A stretch of DNA of 64,000 nucleotides from an uncultured Verrucomicrobiae bacterium (GTDB taxonomy: Bacteria > Verrucomicrobiota > Verrucomicrobiia > Limisphaerales > JAFGQR01). Under the pieces are notes generated by a model. It saw nothing but the letters and a program-made list of their open reading frames with translations, had not been told where the DNA came from and did not search any database. Below, one piece after another: positions 41,606 to 51,538 of the stretch; the first letter of the stretch is position 1, and every line of letters begins with the position of its first letter. The stretch is from the NCBI GenBank assembly GCA_963788655.1, contig CAWBHS010000057.1:128001-192000 (forward strand), written 5' to 3'. The translations under genes and the position numbers were made by a program.

Positions 41606-42333
41606 CCGGCGGTTTCCGATCCCGGCTCATTGATGAACGGTGTTAGGGGGGAACCCGTGGTGGCTTCCTGCTCGTCCGGTTCGACGTGTAACAGTCCGCG
41701 TTTGATGGCGAAGCGGATGAGCTCGCTTTGGGATTGGAGCTTCAATTTGCGCATCACATTTGCCCGATGTGTCTCCACCGTACGCTGGCTGATGTACAGG
41801 CGGACGGCAATGGCGGCGTTGGTGTTGCCTTCGGCAGTCAATTGCAATACTTCACGTTCCCGGCTGGATAACATTTCGTAGGGATCCATGGTGCCAGCCG
41901 ACTTCGCCTTCTCCAGGAACGCATTAATCGTGGTTTCCGACAGGGGCGGGCTGAGGAAGCGGCGTCCCGCCAACGCTTCCCGCACGCCCCGCAACAAATC
42001 GGCCGCACTGGCGTCTTTGAGCACATACGCCGAGGCCCCATTCTGAAGCGCCTCGATCACGTAGGCCTCTTTGGTGTGGATCGAGAGGATGACAATTTTC
42101 GTATTGGGAACGCGCTGCCGGAGATGACGAGCGACCTGTAAGCCGGTTAATCCCGGCATGATCAGGTCCGTCACCACCACGTCCGGTTGCAGTTCTTCGG
42201 CCAGGCGCACGGTGTCGAGCCCATCTCCGGACTCGCCCACTACTTTGAAATCTGGTTGCGTTTGCAGCAAGGCACGGAGTCCCTCCCGGACAATCCGGTG
42301 GTCTTCGGCCAATAGAATGGTGATCGCTGCCAC
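41602..42333 (-). CDS. NarL/LuxR family response regulator
   Basis: AEDHRIVREG, DLIMPG, YVLK, LSSREREVL, TVETHRANVMRKL. Confidence 0.95.
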   Translation of the reverse strand: MAAITILLAEDHRIVREGLRALLQTQPDFKVVGESGDGLDTVRLAEELQPDVVVTDLIMPGLTGLQVARHLRQRVPNTKIVILSIHTKEAYVIEALQNGASAYVLKDASAADLLRGVREALAGRRFLSPPLSETTINAFLEKAKSAGTMDPYEMLSSREREVLQLTAEGNTNAAIAVRLYISQRTVETHRANVMRKLKLQSQSELIRFAIKRGLLHVEPDEQEATTGSPLTPFINEPGSETAG

Positions 42334-42511
42334 TGCTTAAACGTTGGGTTGGACGAAAAACGACGGCCGCGTCATCACCCGAATCGTATGCCCCCAATTC
42401 GAGGTGAACATCCGCTGCTTCCATACGTCGGCTGCAGTCTGCTCGGTTTTTGAGCGGCAACAACAAAAGCCGTGTTGGGCACCATCATTGATTTCGCAGC
42501 CAAGGTCGCTA

Positions 42512-43336
42512 TTAGTCGGCCGACTGTTCGGCCAGCAAGGTACCCAAGTCGGGCAACGGAGCACGCGTGGGATCCAGGAGCTCGCGTCCAGCGATTTGCT
42601 GTCTAAAGGGGGCCGTCGCCTTCGGTAAGAACAGGTCCGCCACATAGGGGACGAAGCGGATGGCCTGCCGTTTGGGCTGGCGGGTGGTCACGAACTGCGG
42701 AGTTCGGCCGGTTCGTTTCACCGGAGATTGATAAATGCTTTGGACGTTCTCCGAACCGGTCATCAATGCCTGGAGCAGCATCGGCTGACAACCAAGTTCC
42801 CCCGTTGGGGTATGCGTAATGTTGGTGACGTTAACAAAGTATTGGCGAAATTCCGCCGTGCTGAATGAGCCGTCCTCATTGCAGCCGCCAATGATAATGT
42901 TGCGTACGGTGGCGGCTTGGTCCCGGCCCATGATTCTGACCAGATCGGCCGGTGAATAGTATGGGATGTGTTGCCCCGGCTTCAGCAGGGATTCATGGGG
43001 AAACAGGGCGTAGCGTTTGCCGCCCGGAGTGTTCAGCCCCACGCCGTGCGAATTCACAAACAAAGCCTGGTTATTCGTCAGGCCGCTGCCACTGATGAGG
43101 CGGCGAAAGTTCTGACCCTCCCACAGATCGAAGAAGAAATTGCTCTCGCCGGGGGCGGTTGGCCCCGCATAGCTCTGTGCTAGAATTCGCAAGTCCGCGC
43201 CGAATTCGCCGGTTTGCCCCTGCCCTGCTGCCGCCCGCATTCGATTTGCCAGCGGGCTTTGAGCGTTGGCTGCCACCAATCCCAGGATAACAACCAATAG
43301 CCAAAGCCCCGGGGCAAACCGCTGCCCTTTGGCCAT
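42512..43336 (-). CDS. Hypothetical secreted protein
   Basis: Signal-like N-terminus; ALFVNSHG and IIGGCN suggest a caspase/CHAT-like His-Cys pair (weak). Confidence 0.6.
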   Translation of the reverse strand: MAKGQRFAPGLWLLVVILGLVAANAQSPLANRMRAAAGQGQTGEFGADLRILAQSYAGPTAPGESNFFFDLWEGQNFRRLISGSGLTNNQALFVNSHGVGLNTPGGKRYALFPHESLLKPGQHIPYYSPADLVRIMGRDQAATVRNIIIGGCNEDGSFSTAEFRQYFVNVTNITHTPTGELGCQPMLLQALMTGSENVQSIYQSPVKRTGRTPQFVTTRQPKRQAIRFVPYVADLFLPKATAPFRQQIAGRELLDPTRAPLPDLGTLLAEQSAD

Positions 43337-43589
43337 TGCCAACGGTCGTGGCGGCCCTCCTGCCGAAGGCGGCTCGGAGCGGAGCTTCGCCGGGAAGCGC
43401 GTCGCCCGTTTGGCGCGTGTGAATTGTAAACTGAGCAAATGCATCTCGGTTTCGCCGACTGGTTTTGCCGTCGAAGAGAACCTATTCTGGCGTGGACAAC
43501 CAACAATTGGGGTGAATACCCGACCATCATTGGGCGGTTTTGCCTTTTGCCAACTAGGGGAATCTCCTAACTCAAATCAACCGTCTGCG

Positions 43590-43804
43590 GGCGAGTTTCG
43601 CACCGCCCGTCTGCTGCTACGGCCCTCCCTGCGGCAGCCGATCGGAAAGTGGGGATGATCCCGGCCAAAGCCGACCCGCAGGCACAGGCCCAATCTCGGG
43701 GCGAAAAGCTGGAACCCCGCCTGGCCGAGGCCCAGGCGGGGCCGCGGCGGGTGTTCTTTAGGGATGCGGCGCACTTGGTGTTGGGACCGGTGCTGCCGAA
43801 CTAA
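43590..43804 (+). mobile_element. IS630-family transposase remnant
   Basis: KVGMIPAKADPQAQAQSRGEKLEPRLAEAQAGPRRVFFRDAAHLVLGP* resembles the IS630 linker plus first DDE aspartate; truncated. Confidence 0.7.
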
Positions 43805-43857
43805 ATTCGCTTGGAGCCTGTTTCGCATGGCCTTTCCAACAGTTAAGCGTCCGGCTC

Positions 43858-43910
43858 GGAGTGCCGCCTTCTCGCGCTGTGGGTGCCGAGCCGCCTGAAA
43901 GCGGGACTCC
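43858..43910. repeat. REP pair (GGAGTGCCGCCTTC...GAAAGCGGGACTCC)
   Basis: Imperfect inverted repeat. Confidence 0.55.
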
Positions 43911-43952
43911 AAACGGCAATACTCCAACCGCCTCTCAGGCCGGAGCAATTCT

Positions 43953-44011
43953 GATTTCGGGCTTCGGACTTCTTTCGGATTTCGGATCTCGGATTTCGGA
44001 TTTCGGATTTC
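43953..44011. repeat. TTCGGAT heptamer tandem array
   Basis: gatttcg ggcttcg gacttct ttcggat ttcggat ctcggat ttcggat ttcggat. Confidence 0.85.
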
Positions 44012-44087
44012 CCTTTTGCCTCCGTTTTGGCGGATATTTTTCGATTCCTTGCTCGCCACTGAGCCGGGATTGGCTAACATGCGCGGC

Positions 44088-45030
44088 ATGTCTTCATTAT
44101 CCAGACCGGAAGTGATCCTGACCCACGAAAGCGATTTGGATGGGTTGGTGGCCGGGGTGCTTTTGCGGCGGCTGGCGCGCAAGTTGTAACGACGTCAACG
44201 TGCCACTCGAAGCCTATCATTATAACCTTTGGCGCGGACGGGAGCCCCGCGAGGCGGCGGCCTGGGTCTGCGATCTCAGCTTCGAACCGCGCCTGGACCG
44301 GGAGAACTGGGTGGTCATCGACCATCACCCCACGGACCTCAAACCGCAACGGGCGCAGCTCATTCATGATGTGAACAAATCCGCCGGCCTGTTGTGCTAC
44401 GAATTGTGCCAACAACACGGGCTGGGGTCACCCGAACTGGACCGGTTGATGCACTTGAATAACGTGGCCGATTTGTTCCTCGCGGACGATCCGGATTTCT
44501 TGTTGGCCAATGACTACGCCAACCTGGTCAAGGTTTATAACTTCTGGAACGTACACACGCTGATCGAGGGGGAACTCGAGCGGTTGCTGGATCACCCACT
44601 CTTGGAGGTGATGGCGGTCAAACGCCGGGTGGAAGATCCCCTCGGCCTTCAGTGGAGCCAGAAGAACGTGGTGGCGATCAGTCCGACCGTGGGATTTGTG
44701 GACACCATTGTGGGCAACACCAACCTCGTCGTGCATCAATTGCTACAGCAGAAAGCCACGCCGTATCCGGTGTTGCTGACGCTCTTCCGCCGAGCCAACG
44801 GTGTAGTGATTGCCAGCTTGCGCAGCCGCGGCGGGGAAGCGCTTCCCGTAGCCGAACGGCTGCAGGGCGGTGGGCATCCCAATGCGTGCGGCGCCACGCT
44901 ACCCCGCTCGGTCCGTAATGTTCCGGATGCAATCGCCTATTTGCAGCGGGTTCTCAATCCGAAGTCCCGCCCCACCCTGCCGCTCAATAACCTTGATGGT
45001 TTGTTTCAAGCGTGGGATGCGGAAAGCTGA
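44088..45030 (+). CDS. DHH/DHHA1 phosphoesterase; frameshift near 44188
   Basis: THESDLDG, VCDLS, VIDHH, SLRS, GGGHPNACG. Confidence 0.88.
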
Positions 45031-45105
45031 AACGAAGGCCGAATGAAACTGGCTTTCGGGCCGTATCCATTCCGTAGCCGGAGCAGCGATGACACGATTC
45101 GGCGC

Positions 45106-45253
45106 GGTAGGACAGGCGTCTCGCCTGTCTCGAATAGCCAAGCACATCTTCCCTTGTTGGTGACCTGGAGAAACTTCCTACGCCGCGGGGCAAATCGATG
45201 GTTGGCAGTCGTTTGAGCCAGGCGGGACGCCTGTCCTCCTGAAGAGTCACGGC
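45106..45253. repeat. ~148-bp REPIN/MITE, copy 2, followed by TTCGG heptamers
   Basis: GGTAGGACAGGCGTCTCGCCTGTCTC ... GAGCCAGGCGGGACGCCTGTCCTCC; spacer shared with the 30613 copy. Confidence 0.85.
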
Positions 45254-45352
45254 TTAGCAAATTTCGGGCTTCTTTCGGATTTCGAATTTCGGTCTTACGC
45301 ATTGTTTTTCCCCATTGCCCAACACGCTGCCCGCGTTTAACATTGCGGGCGC

Positions 45353-46151
45353 ATGACCACTGACACAGGCACCCAACCGAGTTCGGCTATTCTACGAGCC
45401 GACGGCCGACGACCGGATCAATTGAGACCGGTGCGCTTCACCATGGATATCGCCCCCAACGCCACGGGGTCGGCGCTCATTGAATGGGGAAACACGCGCG
45501 TGATCTGCGGGATCAACGTCGAGGACACGGTACCCCGCTGGATGAAGGAGCAAAACGTGTCGGGCGGCTGGATCACCGCCGAATATTCGATGCTGCCGGT
45601 ACTCGACCTTGGGCCGCAAGCCGCGCGACATCACCAAGGGCCGGTTGGACGGCCGTTCGCAAGAAATCCAACGCTTGATTGGCCGCTCGCTCCGCGCAGC
45701 CCTGGATCTCGATAAGCTGGGCTCGCGCACGATTTGGGTGGATTGCGATGTGTTGCAGGCGGATGGCGGTACCCGGACCGCCGCGATCACCGGGGCCTAC
45801 GTCGCGGTGGCCGCGGCAGTGAAACGGCTCAGGGCCGAAGGCAAATTGACCGAGAATCCGTTGCCGCGAGCCGTGGCGGCGGTGAGCGTGGGCGTCGTCA
45901 ATCAACAGGCGTTGCTGGACTTGTGTTATACGGAGGATGTCGCCGCGGCGGTGGATCTCAATATGGTGATGAATTCGGCCGGGGAATTCATCGAACTCCA
46001 AGCGACGGGCGAAGAGGCCACCTTCAGCGCGGTGCAACTGGCGGAAATGATTGCGCTCGGCAAAGCCGGCATCCAGGAGCTGATGGTCCAGCAACAAACC
46101 GTCATTGACAGCTACCGCGGGCCGGCCGCACCACCAGTGGCCCGGACCTAA
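45353..46151 (+). CDS. rph: Ribonuclease PH; frameshift near 45598
   Basis: RADGRRPDQLRPV, GWITAEYSMLP, EIQRLIGRSLR, DCDVLQADGGTRTAAITG. Confidence 0.95.
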
Positions 46152-46167
46152 CGAGTTCCGTTCAATT

Positions 46168-46791
46168 ATGCGCGACGCTCCCCTTCAGCTCTATCTGTTA
46201 CGCCACGGAGAAGTCGAAGAACGTTACCAGCAGACCTTTGGCGGACGGATCGACATGAATCTGTCGGCGAGCGGCCATCAGCAAGCCATCAAACTGGCCC
46301 AATCCACGGCCGCGCGGAAGCTGGATGCCATTTACGCGAGCCCGATGAAACGCGTGCAGCAGACGCTGGCCCCGCTGGTCGAGGCCACAGCGTTGGCGCC
46401 GGTGATGCTGGACGATTTGCGGGAAGTGGATTTCGGCGATTGGACCGGGCTGAACCGTGAGCAGGTGCGCGCCCGATTCGGAGCCAGCGCCTCGGAATGG
46501 TTGTTGCGCCTGGAAAATGGCACCATGCCCAACGCCGAACCCGCCCAAGTTTTCCGTCATCGCACGGAAGCTTGCCTCCACCGGATCACCCAGGCTCACG
46601 CCGGGCAAAAAGTAGCGGTCGTTTGTCACGGGGGCGTGATCCGCATGGCACTTTCGATTCTATTGCCACTGCCGTTGTCCGCCTTGGCCAGTTTTGAATT
46701 CGAATATGCAAGCCTGAGCCGCATTGATTTGTTTCCCCACAAAACGCGGGTGCAATTGCTCAATTTCACTCCGTGGCGCGATCCGTCATGA
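46168..46791 (+). CDS. Histidine phosphatase family (CobC/GpmB-like)
   Basis: LLRHGE, SPMKRVQQT, LREVDFGDW, VCHGGVIR. Confidence 0.92.
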   Translation: MRDAPLQLYLLRHGEVEERYQQTFGGRIDMNLSASGHQQAIKLAQSTAARKLDAIYASPMKRVQQTLAPLVEATALAPVMLDDLREVDFGDWTGLNREQVRARFGASASEWLLRLENGTMPNAEPAQVFRHRTEACLHRITQAHAGQKVAVVCHGGVIRMALSILLPLPLSALASFEFEYASLSRIDLFPHKTRVQLLNFTPWRDPS

Positions 46792-47687
46792 AAACAGGTT
46801 CACTGTGGAAAATCACAGTCGCCGTGGCGCCCCAGGCGGAAGAACCCGTTACCACACTCTTGGAACGGCTGTTGGGGCAAGCCCCCGTAGTCTATGCCCA
46901 ACCGGAAAGCCAAATCAGTTTGGTCAGCGTTTTTCTGTCGTTGCGTTCCGAATGGTCACCCGCCAAACGACGGGCGCTGGTCGAAGGGCTGACGGAAATT
47001 CGCGATTGCGGTGTGGCATTGGGCCCGGGCAAAATCACCGTGGACCGAATCCAACGAGAAGATTGGGCGGAGTCGTGGAAGAAGCACTTCAAGCCCATGG
47101 TGGTGGGACGGGCGTTGCGAATCCAACCCAGTTGGAGCCGCCGCCAGCTCAAGGCGGGCCAGGCGGTGGTGGTTCTGGATCCCGGGTTGAGCTTCGGCAC
47201 TGGTCAGCATCCCACCACGCGCTTTTGTTTGGAGCAACTTGTGGCGTTCCGACGCAACCAGGCTGGGCAGTCGTTCATCGACGTGGGCACCGGGTCGGGC
47301 ATTTTGGCCATTGCCGCCGCCCAATTGGGATACCAACCCGTGAACGCTTTCGATTTTGATCCGGATGCGGTTCGTATTGCCCGTGCCAACGCGGCGCAGA
47401 ACGGCGTCCAGACAGCCATCCGGTTGCGCCGGTTTGATGTCGGCAAACTGCCTCTCCAGTCCAGGGAACTGCATGATCTGGTCTGTGCCAATTTGACCGA
47501 CGACTTGTTGCTGCGACACCGGCGCCGGTTGGTTGGTCTGATGCATCCCCGGAGCCGGCTGGTTCTGGCAGGAATATTGACTTCCCAATTTGCAGTGCTG
47601 CGGGAGGCTTACGATGGTTTGGGCCTGCGGTTGGTCGCCCAGCAAACCGTTGGCGAATGGCACTCAGGGGCCTTCGAAATAGCGTGA
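46788..47687 (+). CDS. prmA: Ribosomal protein L11 methyltransferase
   Basis: EDWAESWKKHF, DPGLSFGTGQHPTT, DVGTGSGILA. Confidence 0.94.
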   Translation: MKTGSLWKITVAVAPQAEEPVTTLLERLLGQAPVVYAQPESQISLVSVFLSLRSEWSPAKRRALVEGLTEIRDCGVALGPGKITVDRIQREDWAESWKKHFKPMVVGRALRIQPSWSRRQLKAGQAVVVLDPGLSFGTGQHPTTRFCLEQLVAFRRNQAGQSFIDVGTGSGILAIAAAQLGYQPVNAFDFDPDAVRIARANAAQNGVQTAIRLRRFDVGKLPLQSRELHDLVCANLTDDLLLRHRRRLVGLMHPRSRLVLAGILTSQFAVLREAYDGLGLRLVAQQTVGEWHSGAFEIA

Positions 47688-47857
47688 AGTTGTCCGCAAG
47701 CAGGACAGCTTGGGAAATTTGGTACAATCAGCACAAAAAAATCCTGGAGAATTGTTTGAACTTTTCCGGCAGTTGATTGTTCCAATAGGTGATGAAACGG
47801 CGAATTACCGTTGTCAGAGGCAGTTGTGAAATGAGGTGCGTTCCACATTCGGGCTAT

Positions 47858-47873
47858 TGGCATCGAATTCGCT
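47858..47873 (+). promoter_or_regulatory. Putative sigma54 promoter
   Basis: TGGCATCGAATTCGCT (GG-N10-GC), 35 bp upstream of a small ORF. Confidence 0.55.
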
Positions 47874-47907
47874 ATTGGTTTGGCCTGTAGAAAGGAAAAA
47901 CGTGATT

Positions 47908-48072
47908 ATGACAAAAACGTTAGATTCGATCACAGAAATCATACGAAACCCCAAACATCCCTTCCGGAAAGTCGATGACCGTCCGGTCAAGGCCCAAAAG
48001 CACCGTTACGAACGACGTAAGATCAAGGAGATCATACGTTTGGGAGATTGGGTCGAGGAAAACCCGGCATAA
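47908..48072 (+). CDS. Small basic hypothetical protein (54 aa)
   Basis: AAAGGA RBS; MTKTLDSITEIIRNPKHPFRKVDDRPVKAQKHRYERRKIKE; terminator follows. Confidence 0.75.
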   Translation: MTKTLDSITEIIRNPKHPFRKVDDRPVKAQKHRYERRKIKEIIRLGDWVEENPA

Positions 48073-48104
48073 ACAAGAGAATACCAACTAACCTAATCTT
48101 TTAT

Positions 48105-48130
48105 GGGCCACGCACTTGCGTGGCCTTTTT
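48105..48130 (+). terminator. Rho-independent terminator
   Basis: GGCCACGC-ACTT-GCGTGGCC-TTTTT. Confidence 0.8.
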
Positions 48131-48148
48131 GCTGCTGGGTATCCGAGG

Positions 48149-49105
48149 TTATTTCGTCGCAGGTTCGGTCGTCTGTTCTGCCGGTGGCAGATCGTGGCGA
48201 TCGTGCCCGGTGCTCTCAAACTGGCCAATGAACGCCGCAAACGCCAATCCCGCCAGCAAAGCCAAGGAGAGTTTGAAACGGTCATGTTCATGAAATTGCA
48301 ATTCCGGCAGCAAGTCGCTGGCGGCAATGCAGACGAAGGTGCCTGCCGCAAACGCCAGCGCGATTCCCAGAAAATGATCCGTGGGGCCGGAAAAACTGTC
48401 CGCTCCAAAGTAAAACAACATTACCCCAATCGGAATGCCCAACGCGAACAAGCCGTTGATCAAATGGCGCATCGCCTTCGAACTGCCGCTGCGGGCCATC
48501 AGCGTCCCGATGGCCAGGGCGTCGAATGGCTTGTGTAGAAAAATGACCAGAAAGGTCCCCACTCCCAAAAGCCAACTGGAATGCCCGGCCCGGACGCCGA
48601 CTTCGACACTGGCAGCCAGGGCAATGCCATTGAGCACGGTATGAAACATCAAGCCCAAGGCTGCCCCCGTCCAGGAAAGCCGGCGGGCCGATTGCTCGGC
48701 CAGGGATTGGTCCTCGGCGCCAGGATCGGGGGGGTGGTGGTGCCGGTGATCAGAACCGGGCTCCGCTTCAACATGGGTTCCGAAATCCGCCGGGCCGGTC
48801 GTCTCCGGGGGAACGTCGTGGTGGTGAAAATGAAAGAAGCGTTGAACGAAGAACATCATCAAGAAACCTGCCAGGAGCCAGGCAGCGGCGCGATCGATTG
48901 ACCGCAATTGATGCCAGGCATGGGGTAGCATGTGCAGAAATCCCACGCCCAACATCAGCCCCGAGACAAAACTGATGGCAATTTGCAGGCGCGTATGAGT
49001 CAACCGCACCACCAGGGGAATCCAGCCTCCCGCCAGCGACGCCACCAGAATCAAGCTGCAATAGCTGGCCAGCAACGCAACCGGTGAAATCGCCAGATCA
49101 TTCAT
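48149..49105 (-). CDS. ZIP family metal (zinc) transporter
   Basis: HMLPHA, His-rich loop HFHHHD...HRHHH, FLHKP, DLLPE. Confidence 0.92.
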   Translation of the reverse strand: MNDLAISPVALLASYCSLILVASLAGGWIPLVVRLTHTRLQIAISFVSGLMLGVGFLHMLPHAWHQLRSIDRAAAWLLAGFLMMFFVQRFFHFHHHDVPPETTGPADFGTHVEAEPGSDHRHHHPPDPGAEDQSLAEQSARRLSWTGAALGLMFHTVLNGIALAASVEVGVRAGHSSWLLGVGTFLVIFLHKPFDALAIGTLMARSGSSKAMRHLINGLFALGIPIGVMLFYFGADSFSGPTDHFLGIALAFAAGTFVCIAASDLLPELQFHEHDRFKLSLALLAGLAFAAFIGQFESTGHDRHDLPPAEQTTEPATK

Positions 49106-49250
49106 TTAGCCAGCAATGCTCCCTGGATTTGAGTGGCTTGTCAGCACTGTTTTCGACCCCGGAACGGAATGGTGGACCTCGCGCGCCCTCGGCAAATTCT
49201 AGCGCACGGGCAATCAGTCGTTGCCTGGCGGCGACCAAACAAAAAGTCCC

Positions 49251-49281
49251 GCCGCTCGCTGGCGGTGGGACATCGTGAGCA
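49251..49281 (-). terminator. Terminator of dksA-rpmG-rpsR
   Basis: Hairpin GTCCCACCGCCAGCGAGCGGCGGGAC-TTTTT on - strand. Confidence 0.75.
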
Positions 49282-49301
49282 AAGACAAGGCGCCCGCGGG
49301 C

Positions 49302-49565
49302 CTACTTCATCAACAGCATACACCGGGCACGTTTAATCGCCCGGTTCAGCCGGCGTTGGTAATGGGCCGGAAGCCCCGTGTATTTCCGCGGCAGAATCCG
49401 GCCTTGATCGGTTACGAACTGCCGCAACAGGGCCACGTTCTTGAAATCCAACGCGTCAACCGTGAAGTCGATTTTCGGCTTGGGCCGGGGAGTGCGCTTT
49501 TCAAAATACGAGGTGCGGCCACCACGGCCCTTGCTGTCTTTATCTTTGTGAGTTTTACGTGGCAT
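49302..49565 (-). CDS. rpsR: 30S ribosomal protein S18 (no zinc ligands)
   Basis: LDFKNVALLRQFVTDQGRILPRKYTG..QRRLNRAIKRAR. Confidence 0.95.
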   Translation of the reverse strand: MPRKTHKDKDSKGRGGRTSYFEKRTPRPKPKIDFTVDALDFKNVALLRQFVTDQGRILPRKYTGLPAHYQRRLNRAIKRARCMLLMK

Positions 49566-49570
49566 AAAGC

Positions 49571-49738
49571 TTACTTGATTTCGCGATGCACCGTGTGTCG
49601 GCGGAGGAAAGGATTGTATTTCTTGATCTCCAAACGCTCCGTCTGGGTCTTTTTATTGCGCGTGGTAATATAGCGGGAAGGCGGCTTGCCCTCCTTGCGC
49701 GCTTCGGTGCATTCGATCGTAATGAGTTCTCGCGGCAT
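49571..49738 (-). CDS. rpmG: 50S ribosomal protein L33 (single Cys); absent from the ORF track
   Basis: [55 protein letters not shown]. Confidence 0.95.
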   Translation of the reverse strand: MPRELITIECTEARKEGKPPSRYITTRNKKTQTERLEIKKYNPFLRRHTVHREIK

Positions 49739-49741
49739 AAA

Positions 49742-50341
49742 TCAGTCTTTCTCTTTGCTCTGCTTCTCGTCCGGCGCATCATCTTCCTCTTCGATTTCCA
49801 CCACGCCCTTGCTGTCCACACTGCCCAGGGCGCCCAAGCGGCGCTGACGCATGGCCCCTTCACGTTCGAGTTGCGACTGGGCTTCGACGGTGAAACGGGT
49901 CCAGGGAATGGCTTCCAATCGGGCCTTGGGAATGGTTTTGCCCGTCAGCTCGCAGACGCCGTAGGTGTTTCGCTCAATGCGCTTAAGTGCTTCTTCAATT
50001 TCATACACGGCATCCTGATCGGAGGACAGCAAACTTAACGCAAAATCGCGGTCAAAATTGTCGGTGCCCGAGTCGGCCATGTGAAGGCTGTAACTGTCCA
50101 TAACCTGGGAAGATTCTTTGGCCAGGCCGTCCATTTGATTGATCAGCCGTTCGCGTAAATCGAGCAGGATTTGATAATACTTTTGCCATTCGGACTTAAT
50201 CCGAACCGTAGGCCGCGGCTTCTTCTTGGTTTTGGTCGGCGCCAAGCCCAGAATAGCCGCTACCGTTGCCGAACCACGGGCACCCGCTTTGGCCGGCGCA
50301 GCGACGGAGTTCTTCTTCGCAGTCTTTTTCTTTTTTATCAC
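49742..50341 (-). CDS. DksA/TraR family transcription factor with degenerate zinc finger
   Basis: HMADSGTD coiled-coil tip, EIEEALKRI, YGVCELTGKTIPKARLEAIPWTRFTVEAQ. Confidence 0.9.
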   Translation of the reverse strand: MIKKKKTAKKNSVAAPAKAGARGSATVAAILGLAPTKTKKKPRPTVRIKSEWQKYYQILLDLRERLINQMDGLAKESSQVMDSYSLHMADSGTDNFDRDFALSLLSSDQDAVYEIEEALKRIERNTYGVCELTGKTIPKARLEAIPWTRFTVEAQSQLEREGAMRQRRLGALGSVDSKGVVEIEEEDDAPDEKQSKEKD

Positions 50342-50399
50342 AGCTTCAAAACGTTTTTTAAACCTGGCGCTTCAGGATTCAAATGTCCGGCCCGTCAAT

Positions 50400-50702
50400 T
50401 CAAGGGCAAGAGGGCGGGAATGTAACAAAGGAGAATAGATTTGCCACAAAAATCTTCCGCAAATTTCGGAAACCACACCCCCCATTTCGAAAGTTGCCCG
50501 CTGCAGGCGCAAATGCATGCATGCGAAGTTCGTCGTAAGCGGTTGCCGTCACCTGCACGTTCCGGAAGATCCATGCATGCCTGGCGTTATTTCCATCCCG
50601 CGCCTGCACGATGATCGGCTCCCCGCGGGCCAGTTGTGTCGCCTCATTTTGGCGCGTGATGAGCGGGCCAAGCCCTTGGTAGGCAGCCCCCTGAAGGGGC
50701 AT
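50400..50702 (-). CDS. Possible hypothetical protein coupled to folE2
   Basis: ATG overlaps the folE2 stop (TGATG); no recognisable motif. Confidence 0.25.
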   Translation of the reverse strand: MPLQGAAYQGLGPLITRQNEATQLARGEPIIVQARDGNNARHAWIFRNVQVTATAYDELRMHAFAPAAGNFRNGGCGFRNLRKIFVANLFSFVTFPPSCP

Positions 50703-51538
50703 CAGCGCTTCTCAATCGAGGCATACGCATTGTGATTGTGGATGCTCTCGGCGTTTTCGGCCTCGACTTTGAACCAGATCACGTCCGGGTGCGCATTGAG
50801 CTTTAAGGCCACATTGCGCACCAAGTCCTCCACGAACACTGGATTCTCGTAAGCTCTTTCGGTGACCGCCTTTTCGTCCTGCCGCTTCAGCAAGGAATAC
50901 AGTTCGGAGCTGGCCGACGCTTCGATTATAGCAATCACATCTTCAATCCAGACCGTCTGGCTGGACCGCAACTGAACGGTCACTTCCCCGCGCTGATTGT
51001 GTGCCCCATAGGTGCTGATCGCCTTGGAGCAGGGACACAGCGTTGTCACGTTGGCCTTGACTGTCAGGACAAAGTCGATCTCCCGGCCGCAGGCGGTGGC
51101 GTCAAACCGGGCGGCGTAGTCCATCATGCCTTCCATGCCGCTGACGGGTGCCTGCTTGGTCATAAAGAACGGGAACTCCATCTCCAAGTGGCTGGTGCTG
51201 GAATTCAACTGCCGTTGCATCGCGTACAAAATGTCCGGAATATTCTCCACGTGAACCATGCTGCCGTGGGCGTTCAATACCTCGAGAAACCGGCTCATGT
51301 GGGTGCCTTTGAATTCCTCCGGCAAATCCACAAACATGCCGATGATCGCGATGGTGTTTTGGAACCGATGCGCCTTGTCACGGATCTGGATGGGAAACCG
51401 CAGCCCGCGAACGCCCACTTTGTCGATCCGCAATTCGCGATGGTCTCGTTCGCTCTGTTTGTCGTGGAGCTTGGGTTGTCCTTTCACGGCAGTTCGTCCA
51501 GCGACCGCGGGAGCTTCCGGCACTTTGATCATGGCCAA
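50702..51538 (-). CDS. folE2: GTP cyclohydrolase IB (FolE2)
   Basis: IDKVGV, KGTHMSRF, TTLCPCSK, AHNQR, NPVFVEDLVR, ESIHNHNAYA. Confidence 0.96.
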   Translation of the reverse strand: MAMIKVPEAPAVAGRTAVKGQPKLHDKQSERDHRELRIDKVGVRGLRFPIQIRDKAHRFQNTIAIIGMFVDLPEEFKGTHMSRFLEVLNAHGSMVHVENIPDILYAMQRQLNSSTSHLEMEFPFFMTKQAPVSGMEGMMDYAARFDATACGREIDFVLTVKANVTTLCPCSKAISTYGAHNQRGEVTVQLRSSQTVWIEDVIAIIEASASSELYSLLKRQDEKAVTERAYENPVFVEDLVRNVALKLNAHPDVIWFKVEAENAESIHNHNAYASIEKR

